Origin: Leptogorgia sarmentosa | Lineage: Eukaryota | DNA length: 64,000 nucleotides | Direction: 5' to 3' | Assembly: GCA_964658305.1 (NCBI GenBank) | Contig: OZ210884.1 | Span: forward strand, 3,906,001-3,970,000 | Shown here: positions 39,401 through 52,400 of the stretch, piece after piece | Layout: every line of letters starts with the position of its first letter | Position numbering within the stretch: position 1 is the first letter of the stretch | Notes under the pieces: generated by a model | Databases searched by the model: none | Told to the model about the DNA's origin: nothing | Seen by the model: only the letters and a program-made list of their open reading frames with translations | Position numbers and translations under genes: made by a program

Positions 39401-42400
39401 AAGTTTACCTGCAGTAGCTGGAATTGCTTTCACCGCCATGATATTGGAAGACCAAATGCTCACCCTAGCCGACCAGGAAACATGCAAAATGGTCATGGAG
39501 ACAAAAGTAAAAGGTAAATTTTTAATGCCGCGGTCACCACCACTCGTTCGCATGCTTTGTGCATTGTTAATATCGATTACTGTTCTCTCTAATATAAACC
39601 TTTCCTCATGTTTCTGTGTAAAATGTTCAAGAGTATTTTCCGGTAACTGAATAAGTTATTTGGTGGGTAAATTAACTACACGATTTTCCTTAAAAATCAC
39701 AGTACTTTCGCCACAAACTACATCAACAGACTTACATCCCAAAGAATTCCATGAAGAAAAGCTCATTGGAGGATGTTCTCTAATTCACGACATAGTGTCT
39801 CAATAAAGCCAGTTTTGCCATGCATTTAAACAATATTTTGTCCTTTTGTTCTTATTTTTGTTTGTTTGCTTTTTCTTTAAGTTCTGATAGGTCAAATGAA
39901 TTTGCATTTACATGTATTTCCGCAATTTTGTTTTTATTTCAAAAATCATATCATGCAAACTGTGAATAAATGAATAATTGTACAACACTCGACCAATCGG
40001 CATCCAGTAATTTTCTTATGTAATTAATGAAATTCCAATGTACCATGCACAAAGGTATGTTACCGTAGTATGTTACTAAAATTATTTTCCCTTTTTACGG
40101 TATAATATAGGAAGTGTTATCCTTCACCAACTCAGTTTATCGATGGACTTAGATTTCTTTATCATGTTTTCTTCATTATCTGGCGCCCTTGGGAATATTG
40201 GGCAAGTTTCGTACGCTGCAGCCAACTCATTTATGGATCAGTTGTGTGAATATCGTCGACAGAAACTTGGCCTGCCCGCTCTGTCTGTTAATTGGGGACC
40301 GATCAGTGGAACTGGAGTGCTCGAGAGAAAAAGAAATGTTGCCTCAAATCTGGAGAAGGGCGGTTTACGTGGTTTACACTACACGACAGGTATTTTTTAG
40401 CGTCTTTATAAAATGGAAATAAATCTGATCGTTTTCAGATTATTTAGGGGATATTTAACCTTGTTTAAGTGATAATATTGAACAAACAAAAAATTTTGAC
40501 ATTGAAGTTTTCGTAACTATATTGTAAGAGTAGTCTCTTTGAGAATTCTACAGTTGGACAAATATTTTGTTATGCACAATATCTATACGAACGAGATACA
40601 GATATTATTATGAATGGCCCATACACATGAGCTATAAATTCCTCAAAGAAACTTTTGATTTTGCAGAAGAAATGAATTTTCTTTTTTTCCATAGCAATCG
40701 AGTTTTTAAAGCGTGTCTTACTTGAAAGCTCTGACCAAACTCAAGTGTGCTTGGCTGCGGTAAATTGGCAGGTCTATCTGCAAACTCATACTTCTCTCAG
40801 GCTACAAATATTTCGAGATAAAATGCAGATAACGAAAGGAGAGGAAAAAGACATGACTCTGGAGGACCTGGGGCTACAACCGTTGGAGTTCAGAATAAAT
40901 TACGTTCAAGAATATATCAAGCGATTGCTGTCTTCGTGGTCGGGATCTGATGTCGCCGAAATTGACCTAAATGTTGCACTGGTCAAATATGGAATTGACT
41001 CGATTACTGCAACAAATATGAAACTGCAAATACAAAATAGCATTGGCGCTGTCTTCGAGGTAGGTATCATTAAAGACGCATTATTATTAAATATAGGTGC
41101 ATGTGTGCACGGCGGAAAATGAACAACTTGTTGCTTGCAATATTTTTAATAACAGCAATGAAAATTGCCAATATTGTTAATAGCTGTCAACAATATTGTT
41201 CATCATTGTTATACCCGAGTGAAACACAACAATATATATATGTTATTTACCAGCTGGGAGGTCCGTACTGGAAAATATTTTGTCGAGGTCTCAAAAACGG
41301 TCCGAGGCCGAAGGCCGATGGACGTTTTTGAGACCGAGACAAAATATTTTCCTGTACGGACCGACCTAAATGGTAAATAACTTATTTATTTTTTTTCTCC
41401 TCGATGTTATGATAAAATTCGTCAAAAATTCCAGTGTTGCGAACTAGATTTTGAGATCAGTTTGTTTGTTTACTTTGCTACTCTATCGCAAGTATGGCTG
41501 CTAAACAGCCAAGACGAAGTGAGAAAAAACCCTTCAATATTGACGCATTTGCTTCAATATTGACGCTTTCCCACTCAACAATACTACGAAAAAGGTAAAC
41601 TTATTAAAACTATTTATTTTCCCGTTCGTTTCACGATACAAACATGGTTAAAATACGCTTTAGACACCGAAATATTTCGCCAAGAATGTTTTGTTTTGTT
41701 CATACTGATGAGACTTTGTTGATATTTATGAGTTTTTGTCGCTGTAAATACCCACTAAAAAATCCCTTAGCATAATAAAATGAACTTTCATGTATTCTTT
41801 ATCGTCTAAATTCGTTTTGAATGTTTTAAAAAGCGGCCATTTAATTTTAAAAACAAAAACATTGACTATATTTGTATCTACGAGAGTGCGGCCGGTCCGT
41901 ACCGTAGGATACGGACCGCTCGGCAACCAATCAGAAAGCTCTATTTAGGTTACGGACCGGAGTTACGGACCGGAAAAAAATAATGTTCGATATCATTGAC
42001 AACTATGAACAATATTGGCGGCAAAACATTGCTCAAACCTGTAGAACTGCAGGCTCGAAATTTTTTGCTGTGTAACAGTAGTAGCAGCAGGTCAAAGTCA
42101 ACCTTATAAATGTTTGACGGATATGCGTCAATTCAAAGGTTTTTTCTTTGTTCCTATAGAAATTGTTGTCTGCGCATCTGTATTTCATGAAAAACTGTTG
42201 AAGTATATGCAAATATGAACGGTCTCTTTGAAAAAAATACTATAGCTTCTACTATATTAGTTTAGCATAAATTTTCAAGTAACTATAACATTTCCTGCAA
42301 TCTGATTGGTTAAAATTTGCTGTCTCTGGTGTTATAGTCACTGGGCAGTGACTATAAAGATTTTCATAATTAAAATTCAAAATGGCCGCTCGGTTTGCTG

Positions 42401-45400
42401 AAGTTTCGCAGGAGGAAATTGACAAAATTAAACAAGAAAGCATCCCAAGAAAGTTAAACAAGCGACAAAATATGGTTTAAAAATCTTTCAAAGTAAAATA
42501 TTTTATTTATTGTTATTTTTATGCAACAAAACTGGCTTTTTTCACTAGCAAAGTGGCGATATGAGCGTGAACTATTTTATGTAAACAAACTATAAGCAAA
42601 GTAAACAAAACTTGAATTTCTACTTAACAGACAGTTTGAATCAAATCAGTTTGACCTGGGAATTTATACTAAAACAATTAGTCGCCTCAGGCTTCGGTGA
42701 TTACAAGCTCATAGTCACCTCGGCGCTTCGCGCCTTGGTTACTATGACCTTGTAATCACCTCGCCTTCGGCGACTAATTGTTAAATACTAGCATCTTTCA
42801 CCTTTATAGTCGTCGGAACAGTGGCAGCACCCATCTGGCAAAACGTGAGAAAAAGTCGGGCTTAATTACTGTAAAACTTGCCAAAAGAAATAACAATTTC
42901 CCGGATTCTTATTAAAAACCGCTAAAAAAGCCATCTTCAAAATTTTCTCGCTCGCCTCGTGAGATTCCGCCTCCTCGCTGCCTGTTCAAATAAATACCAT
43001 GACCATGCTCTTCAGTCGGGCAAAATACCGTAACAACCCCCCCCCCTTTTTTTATCATGTACTGGTAAATGAGAAATATTTGTTTCGGAAAAAATCTCAA
43101 TTTGGGCCCCCTCCTGATGAACAGCTGCCACGACGTCACTTCGTGGGAACATTTCATTGTATCTGCTGATTTATTTGAATAGAGTTTGCAAGCCTTTGCG
43201 AGCTTTGTTTCGTCCAGTCCGAAAAATCGTTCGGTTTTTCTTTCGACCCTCCAAATTTCGTAATTACTTCTGCCAAAATTGTGAGAATGTAGTACTGAGG
43301 ATGCTGAGAATGTAGTAATGATGATCTTGAAAGATTTTTTACAATATCAGATTTATAAAATAACCGGAAGTAAGTGAACAAGACTGCGCGCATGTGATTG
43401 GCTAACAGCCGTGTTAATGTGAGATTATGTAAACACAGCTATTTCCCGCTGCTTCTCGCTATTGCGTTATTCCGCTTTGGTCATCGTGTTATTTTATAAA
43501 AGTTTTTCGTTTCGTTAAACACATTTCTCGTTCTCCCAAACTTGCACTCGTGTTTACATAACTCGATGTAGACATGGAAAATGTTTTCTATTCCTTAAAT
43601 ATCAAACGACAAGAACTTCTAAACAGAATAATTAGTGCTATAATAACAATCTCGCAGCTGGCAAAACAATAGCATAACTCATTATCCGTTACATTGCCAT
43701 TTCTCTTTAACATTTAGACTTACTATTTCATTCAACCGAAGACAACTGGCCTTAGTATCATCAGAAATATCTTGGAACAGATTGAAAACATTAGTTCAGA
43801 TTGTAATGAAGATGACCCAATCAATGGAAATGGGCAATCCATGTCGTCTGATAATATTCAGGGTCCGAAAAAAGGAGTAAATGCAAACCCAAGCAATGGC
43901 TTTGAGCTAGTGGAGCTACAAACTGTTGAAACAGATACGCGAAGAGAGAAAGTTATTCCACTTTATGATCCAGATGACGCTGTTGTTAATGTGTTCCTTA
44001 TTCACAGCAGCCTGAAATCAGCGCTAGCTTTGGCACCTTTTGCCCAGGGTTTTCAACAACAGGTAAATTTTAATGGAAAGTGAACATATTAAATGTCATA
44101 AAAATTTGTCTGGCCACAATATTGAGCGTGCAAACAAGGTTTGGTGAATATACCTCTAATTTACCATCCTGAGCTTAATATATAAATTTGCTTTTTTAAC
44201 AATAGTAGGGCATGTAAAGGACGTATTATGGTAATACTTTTGCATTTTCCTAAACCAGTGACATATAAAACCCTCGAAAAAACAGTGAACCAATGTTTAG
44301 GAATATTTAAAATTAATGGAACCTTCTAATTTTCATCTAGCAAAAAGCATCAACATTTCCGAAAAAAATTTCTGCACTTTTCACAATTTGTGACTTAAAC
44401 TTCAAACAAATTATATTAACCATATTTGAATCTAATCAGAATTCGTAAGGAAGTAAAGAGTTTAAACTGGAAATTTTGGCAAATTTGCAAGTATCAATAT
44501 AACTTTAACTGCATGGATAACATATTCCATTTTATCAATTAAACGAAACATGTTGTGTAGAGTACGTTATACAGTGCCAATAGCTATTTACTGAATAATG
44601 GATAGTAACTATATTTTTCTTGACCTTATGCATGTTCTAAACACAATATGTATATGCCGTTTGCCTGTGCAGTATAGAGTGGCAGCAATATAGGTCGGTA
44701 CACGAAAATGTTCGTGAATTTCGACAGTACATTCATTGAAATGGCGTGTTTTTGCAGCATTAACACATGATACGTATTGTAAAATTGCAACATTTTCTTC
44801 AAAATTGCGTATCTAAATTTAGACAAGTGTTGCATTGTATGGTATTGGCTTGGATGATGCTTCTTTTCAGAGGAGTGATTATGGAACTGTTCTGACTCTC
44901 GCACAAAGATATGTGGGCCTTATTAAAGAAATTCAGTCACATGGTCCGTATTACCTCGGTAAGAAATTCAGCAAAACTTCGTCGAATGCGATGTGATTAT
45001 CGGTATAATTCTCACCGGATGAAGTCGAGGTGCATATTCACCATAGCCACTGAGTCACTATATTACTGCATGGCCACAATTTTCAGCAATTATATTTATA
45101 CTAATGTGCTCTTATAACCTTGTTGTAGCGGGCTACTCCTTTGGTGGTACCGTAGCGTATGAAATGGCCAGTGATCTGAAACGAAGTAATGAGACTGTCG
45201 CGATGGTATTCATGATAGATACCTACGCGTGGTTTCCTAAAGCTTTGACGAACTGCAGTGAATATTTAAGAAAGGGCGCAGTAGAAAATATGAAGTCAGC
45301 CGAAACGTTTGTGGTAAATTTACATACACATTACTTATTAATTTCCGTGTAGTGCATTTCGATTTATCGTCCCACGGAATAGACACTAATATATAACAGA

Positions 45401-47688
45401 CAGATACTAATAGTCTTACTAAGTTATATTCATTCCATTTGGCCTAACAAGTTTGGTTGGAATACGGGGAGGGAGTAACTGTAAATATACTAAGGTAACA
45501 AATAATTATTTCGTTATATTAATTATTTGTTTTAATTTACAGACAAGGCAAGTAATTGAAAAGGTGGCTTTTGTTGCGCTGGGTATAACACAGAATGAAC
45601 TGAATGATTTGTACAAGGAGTTTGTCGACGATGAGAAAGTAATAGCGGCTTTGGAAAGCCATGCTGCCGAGAAAAACGTGGATTTTTCGTTGAAAGATAA
45701 TGTTGAAACTGTGCGTTACGAAATAAAAGCCGCCAGTAAGGCTCACAATGAGTGGCAACCGTCCAAGGTATCTTTCTATTTGACGTTTTATCGAATTGGA
45801 TCAAAATCAATACACCGATTGCATGATGGACAAAATTTAAAGAAGATCAAAATAGTAATATGATCAAATTAAAGTACAAACAGCGTTTAAGAGCATCCCA
45901 AAGTTGGTAAAATTTGAAAGTTTGGGTTTGAGAAATGTTGTAAAATGTGAAAAATACACCCCCGCGAAATTTGCAAATTTTGTTAATTTTATAGTATTAT
46001 ACACGCAAAATTAGCACTTTTTTTCACACACAAAACAATGGTCAGATGTTCTGGAGTATAGATCACTGAAACCGTGTTGTAACTATCACTATATACGCAT
46101 ACGTACATGTTGCGAAGGAGGATAAGGAGAATGACTGTTTCCAGATCCGTTTCGAAATTATCCGAAGTACAAATGAACAAAATTAAAATATTGTATGTTT
46201 CGAAGAATATCAGAATGTCCTCTTTTTGCCAAGTTGCAAATGCGTATAGATACTTCTTTTTACATCTTACAGATATGTTACAACGAAACAATAACATTCA
46301 TATGCTGTGATGAAACCAGCTCGTTTAGAATATGGAACCCAGAAATATGGAAGTCGTTGGTTAAAAGAATGGATTCTTTTTACGTTTCTGGAGGTCATTT
46401 CGAATTATGTGATGAGACTCGTGGCAAAATATGTGGTTCTATAATGATGACAACAGCGTCAATGAAGTATCGTTCAACGTTTTCAACTTTTAAGTTGCAA
46501 GTGGTCAGATCCAGACCCCAAGAGCGCCTCGTGCAGTCACTGAAGCAAGGCATGGACATTTGGATGTTGCCGAATCCAGGTATGATACGGAAACGTGACT
46601 GTCCAGGAAAACGACAACAGCGTTTCTGGCATCTTAATGTACAAGCGTTAGAAAAATGTCGCCCCACCCCTTTGCCCCTCCCAAAATTTTGTGTCCCTCA
46701 ACCTTGGTTTTATTGAATTTTATGAATGATTTTGCTTTTAAGCCTGACTGCTTTGTTTTTTAATGCAAGCATTTGTCCTGTTGCGGAGCCTGATAAACAT
46801 GGTTCCTTTATATATTAGAACTGAAAAAACGTGTGCAGATAAGCGCCATATTAACCATTGAATTTTATGGTTTCGCTCTAGGATCTTCAAAAGTCGTCAA
46901 AGGCATCCTGTTTTTGGATCAAGAAGAAACAGTGTTCAGATTTGAATACGAGTCGCTTGGACGTCGAAAAACGCGAAAGACTTTCCTAAAAGGTAATTAG
47001 TATAGGTAATCGCATGGGGCCGAGTAGCGACGAGGGCAATTTCTGAAACTTTGTGAAAACACGCGTGAAATTAATCCTTAATTTTATACGAGGACCCAAT
47101 GCGATTACATGTTAATCATATTGAAGACAAGATCCATTCAAACATAAATCGCTATAGAAGTTGATGTCCACTTCAGGTTTTAGATTCGGCACTTCGAGCG
47201 GCACTATATAGTTAATAATGTCGCTTAAAAACGTTGGGAAATGAAATAAACGATATATACAAATATATAACGATATATATCAATTTCACATGCGACAAAC
47301 ACTGCGAGGAAGCCATTAGTCCGACATGAAATGAACACGTAGAGAAAGCCCCATTTGAAACTGTTAAGTCAACTTTTGAAACTGTTAAGTTAAACTACAG
47401 GGTGTTTCAGAAAAAAATGTGAAGTTGTCGACACCTAGCTATGTCGCCATTATATCTGGTTGCTTCAACTTATTTATATTATATTATTCAGAGCTTACCA
47501 ACATCCTACCTGGCAGACATATCAACGCAATTAGAAAGAACGATGTCAACAAGTCTCGCATAAATTCTCTGATATGTATGATCACCAACAAAGGCAAGTT
47601 GATGACGTTCCATCCGAGCGATTGGCAACAGCTTCAACAACTTACAGACGCGTTGCGAGCTCTCTTTGGAATACCGTTTATGCAATAA
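30444..47688 (+). CDS. Patched/NPC1-family 12-TM domain fused to a type I polyketide synthase (KS-AT-DH-psiKR-ER0-KR-ACP-TE) with a C-terminal PH-like domain; intact copy, about 3532 aa
   Basis: Exons: 30444-36351, 36973-39513, 40111-40389, 40695-41059, 43718-44062, 44823-44958, 45129-45313, 45543-45767, 46273-46579, 46882-46992, 47492-47688. All introns are GT-AG with compatible phases; total 10599 nt. Motifs: SSD GIDDVF and GFSVDY; KS DTACSSS, HGTGT, KSNINH; AT GHSLG; DH His (DHKF...LP) and DACFQ; KR GGVRGFG and YAAAN; ACP GIDS; TE GYSFGG and GGHF. The 5' end is uncertain because tttgtag at 30484-30490 looks like a splice acceptor. Confidence 0.9.
30650..33015 (+). other. Patched/PTCHD3/NPC1-like RND-type 12-TM domain (N-terminal part of the fusion)
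   Basis: TM1 (PFLVIFFCLFLVITLTCGF), then a luminal loop, then the sterol-sensing domain (PFLVVSIGIDDVFII; GPTITMTTLTDLVAF), TM7, a second loop, and TM8-12 (LGFSVDYNAH; GLLHGLAILPVYL). Confidence 0.92.
33160..35770 (+). other. KS-AT didomain of the fusion protein
   Basis: VGMACRFPGG, MDPQQR, Cys in DTAC (33687), His in HGTGT (34098), second His (34212), SSYGFGGTNAH, GQGAQW, Ser in GHSLG (35055), RAYHS (35367). Confidence 0.95.
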
Positions 47689-49220
47689 CTGTCGTATTTG
47701 TATCGATCTTTGCTTAATTATAATTATATATCACTTGTTTTTTTCTAAGACTATATAATACGTTTATATGCACTAGAGCAAGTTTTCCGAATTCGTTCAA
47801 ACATCTGAGGTAAAATTCTAAAACGCAAAAACAAAATTAATCTTCTAGTTTTTCATACTGATACATGCATGATCGTCGATGCACGAGAAAGAAAATCGTC
47901 ATCATGCATTATATATTTTATGCTGTGCTTTCAAGCAAATTAATAGAGCAACAAATTTGAAAAAAAAAGTAAACCCACACGAATTTTTTGTATGGAAGAA
48001 GAGTATTTCTCCTCAGTATCGCATTAATTCATTGAAGATTTGTTTTCTTTGGGTTTTGATAATATCTATTGTTCGTATCAATGCGAAGTGTGAACAAACA
48101 CCAAAACTACAGAGTGAACTACTGAGGAGTTTCGTCATTGGCTGAAGGTTTCCTGAATTCTGTATCGGACTCAGTTTGGCAATTTTCTAGGAGTTAAATC
48201 AATTTGGTGTGAAAGATAGAGAAAACTTGTAACGAAACGGCAAGCTTTGCTCTTATGCTCTTTTCATAATATAGAGTATAACACTTAAAGTTGGGGATGG
48301 TTAATAATTTATGTGGTAAATTTAGATCTAAAGTTATAATAATATCATTATATAAGTAAATTGCGTTTTCCATAGTTGAAAATTTAGCCAAGATCATCAT
48401 ATAATTGTAATGGGTTTTAATAAAATAAAAATCTTTAAATATGTAAAATGAGAACGGAAGAACGTTTTTACATTGGTATTTCTGGGAAGTAGGTAGCACA
48501 TTCAGGTCAGGATTATATTAATAAAAGTAAGGAACTTCAGGGATAGTAATATTAAAAATCACTCGTCTCTATAATATTTGTATGCAAACAACTTTGATTC
48601 AAACTAACTGCATTGGTGCGTTTTTGCATGGAAAAAGAGAGAAATATCACAGAATTTTAATATCTAATCTCATGGACTAGCTATATACATCCCTCTTTCG
48701 AAATTGTTAAGGTATGTCGAATCGTTATAGACTATGGCCATGGTAGTTTTATGGTATGTGAAATATATAATTCAATCATGAAATATATAATTCAATCATC
48801 GTTCTGACCAAGTCCACTGTCTCCTTAGGGACCTGCGCATTTCTTTAAAATAACCACATTATTTAACCCCAAATATGTGTGATCTATATACACTGAGAGC
48901 GCGCTGAAGATTGGGATATTAAATCAATTCACGAAATCAGATAAACGAAATCCGGGACACCGGTCCAGATACGGAAAATACGGACCACGATCCGGATATG
49001 GGTTTTACGGACCACTTGTCAACCAATCAGAATAGAGAATTTTGAAAAGCCATATAATAAAATGCTTTAAGTTGGGGAATGGTTATATAATTTAATTGGT
49101 AAATTCAGATATAAAAGTTTAAGTAATATCATTATAATAAGTAAATAAATAACGTTTTCCATATAGTTGGAAATTTAGCCTGCATGATTATACAACTGTA
49201 ATGTCTTTTATTGAAATGTA

Positions 49221-49441
49221 AGGTAGGTAGGTAGGTAGGTAGGTAGGTAGGTAGGTAGGTAGGTAGGTAGGTAGGTAGGTAGGTAGGTAGGTAGGTAGGT
49301 AGGTAGGTAGGTAGGTAGGTAGGTAGGTAGGTAGGTAGGTAGGTAGGTAGGTAGGTAGGTAGGTAGGTAGGTAGGTAGGTAGGTAGGTAGGTAGGTAGGT
49401 AGGTAGGTAGGTAGGTAGGTAGGTAGGTAGGTAGGTAGGTA
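49221..49441 (+). repeat. (GGTA)n microsatellite, about 55 units
   Basis: Directly visible; it lies about 28 bp past the ABCC stop codon, at the position equivalent to the (GGGT)n array. Confidence 0.97.
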
Positions 49442-49469
49442 CATAGGGGCAACTTTAAATACATAAAAA

Positions 49470-52400
49470 TCAATGGAAGTTTCCTGAAGATAGTTCCAAT
49501 AGTTGTTTCAGCAAACTACCTTCCTTATCTAACAGAGATTCAGGTGTTCCACAGTCAACGACTTTTCCTTGATCCAAGATCATTATTCTGTCACTGTCCA
49601 AGATTGTAGTCAAACGATGGGCTATAGTTATGACAGTGCAATCTTTGAAAACCTCTCTAACAATACATTGTATTTCTTCATCCGTTTCTCCATCCACCTT
49701 GCCCGTCGCTTCATCAAAAATTATAATCTTGTTCTTCTTCAGTAGAACTCGTGTCAAGTGCAAAAGTTGTCGTTCGCCCAAACTAAAGTTTGAATCACTT
49801 GAATTAAGTTCATTCTCGAGTTTTCTAGGCAGATTTGAAATAGCAGATGTCATTTTAGTCTGAGCGAGTGCCTGCCATATTTCGCTATCTTTGCGTTCTC
49901 CCAAAGGATCAAGATTGACTCTGATTGTACCGTTCATCAAGACTGGAGCCTGGGAGATAACGGAAATTACTTGTCGTGAAGATGCCACATTGATCTCTCT
50001 TATATTCAAACCATCCACGAATATATCTCCCTCAGTAAGGGCGAGTCTCATCAACGCCGCCACCAATGATGACTTGCCAGCTCCCGTACGTCCCACAATT
50101 CCAATTTTTTCTCCTGGTTTCACTTTGAATGAAACATTGCGCAGCACTTTAGGGCCATCTGGGTAATACCGCATTGACACACCTTGGAATTCGATTCCGC
50201 CGGCGTTTGGCCATTCCTTAGGGAGGTACTCTGGAAGAGATTGCCCAGGCTCTGATGGGATATTGGTGTAAGCTAGAGCACGTTCTGCCGACGTCATATA
50301 AGTATTAAAATCTGCACTATATCGGATCGCTAAATTTATTGATTCTGTGATGCTTACGACGTAAACGATGGTGATTGGAGCGAGTGCTGAAACGAAAACA
50401 TAGCAGAAACTGTTAATGCAAGTGTCAACATGCTGTATAGTATTCAGTGGCGTAGCGAAGCCATTCCGATGGGGGGGGGGGGGGGTGTAAAGCAAAATAT
50501 TTTACCGACATAAATAGCTTTGGGCACGACATGGCCTGATTATTTGGTGGGGAGGGCGAGAATTTAGAGCCTCCAGATCGCCGGAAACGGCAATTTCAGA
50601 GTGTTAACCAAAGCCATAACACTCAGAATAGAGTCTAGAGGTCTTAGATGTTGTACAACCACAGCTTGCGAACTAATCACACACGGACATAGACAACAGA
50701 CATATACTTTTACATATTTTACTTTTCTGCTCTCTCTGTGATTTAATTACATAAATTGAAAATTTACCGACCGCTTTGGCTTCAAAACCGACTGCAATTC
50801 ATTTACCGACCATTTTCAAAAAAATTGGGGGGTGTCCCACCCCCCACACCCCCCGCTCGCTACGCCCCTGATAGTATTACAAAAGAACTTCAATATATGG
50901 CCAATGTAGGTAGCGGAGAACAATAGGGAGTTTAAGCTTCGCGTATTCCACAAAACTTTAAACACGAGGATCCCGTTTATCGTTCATGATCATATTTGAC
51001 GTTTCTGGAACGGTGCATTAAGTTCGGATTTCCCCTTGTTTCCCATCAGGAATAAAACAACAAAATTATACTCGACAATATTATACCTCAAATTCAAATT
51101 GTCCAATGAAAAAACAGCATGTGCACCATGTGATAGTGTGATTTTTTACGGTATTTCACTCAAATTCATGATTTTGCAATCCAGCGTGGGATACTATAAT
51201 ATCTCACGGCAGATCCACCGTGGGATATTATAGTATCCCACGCTCACGCGTGAAGCGTGGGCAACACGCACTTAGCATAGCTATGCGAGCGGTAAATTTA
51301 AAAACAAGTAAAACTACAGTAAAATTTTTGTTTCTCGTATAAATTTACGATGGATTTTGATTTGTTTGATATTAAAAGGAAATTACACTTGTTCTCGAAG
51401 TATTAATGAAAAATTGCACTTGTGTTTGGCTTGTATTTCGCCAAACACGCGTGCAATTTTTCATTAATACTTCTCGAACCGTGTAATTTCCTATACAAAC
51501 GTACCATACATTTAATTTTACATCTCCTGCCATAACTATGTCGGTCTGGAGATTATTTTGAGGAAACATATTTAATAATAAAATAAACTACGGAAATTTG
51601 AATTTCGAAGCTTATACTGGCCGGGTCAAACGATACGCAAGCCATCGCAAATTTTAACTTCTGAGGTATGAGAACGAGGGAATGAATGATTTCATAAAGA
51701 AATGTGAATAGCATAATACACAAATACCTCGTGAAAAGCTATGAATATTTTTTGAATTATCCATGCATGCAAACAGTATGATTTACGTGGGATTTTTAAA
51801 CAGTTTGACTCCCGCCATTGCTAACTTATTCGACATTTTTCAAATCATTCATGATGACTTGCATCTCGTGTTACTATGGCTTAAGGGTCTGCTTTTCATA
51901 CACCCCATGCACAAATAGAAAATCGTTTTTTTAAGGACGGAGGTTTGTACTTTCAATACATGAAAAAATTTGAATTTAAAGAACTTTTTATGACAATGCA
52001 CTGGGCGCTCCTTTTTTGGGGGGACTCCCTGTATAAAAACACACTGCTATAGAGTATGGTGGTGAATTGTGATATCCTTTGGAATTATTAATTCTTCGTA
52101 TGATTGAATTTTGTATATATTGAGATTCGTAGTCTCTACTGGGAAAAAAATCAAATACCTGCCGTGTAATTATCGTTTATGGAATAAATGACAACCATTG
52201 TTATGATTACTGTTATCACGGTAGTTGCGGTGCAGCAAATTGTGCCAAAACATCTGATTGAGGTATAAAACGACAGAACTGCCGCACTGTGGTTGTCAAT
52301 ATGCCTGAAATAAATATTAATGAATGGACTGTAACGATGTATTTACTTAGGAGCTGTTTATACCAGCCTCGCAGGGGTGGGTAGGGGGGGGGAGGGGGGT

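Larger units (their letters stand above)
28450..51080 (+). repeat. Segmental tandem duplication, unit B
   Basis: Collinear with 1-21705. It differs by two MITE insertions, a ~550 bp indel next to the microsatellite, and scattered SNPs. Confidence 0.95.

Noticed and set aside
36936..39650. The 904-aa ORF (and 8081-10795) as a separate gene
   Set aside because: It begins mid-DH and ends mid-KR, and is bounded by AG and GT sites in phase with the neighbouring exons, so it is exon 2.
30444..47688. Bacterial symbiont or contaminant origin of the PKS
   Set aside because: It has ten phase-consistent spliceosomal introns containing MITE-like repeats and a eukaryotic multi-exon ABCC neighbour.
30444..47688. 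Annotation as canonical FASN or as the Hedgehog receptor PTCH1
   Set aside because: There is no MT region and the ER is degenerate. The Patched part is compact and PTCHD3/NPC1-like, without the long PTCH1 loops and tail.
49132..49473. PTYL-repeat ORFs
   Set aside because: They are translations of the (GGTA)n microsatellite.
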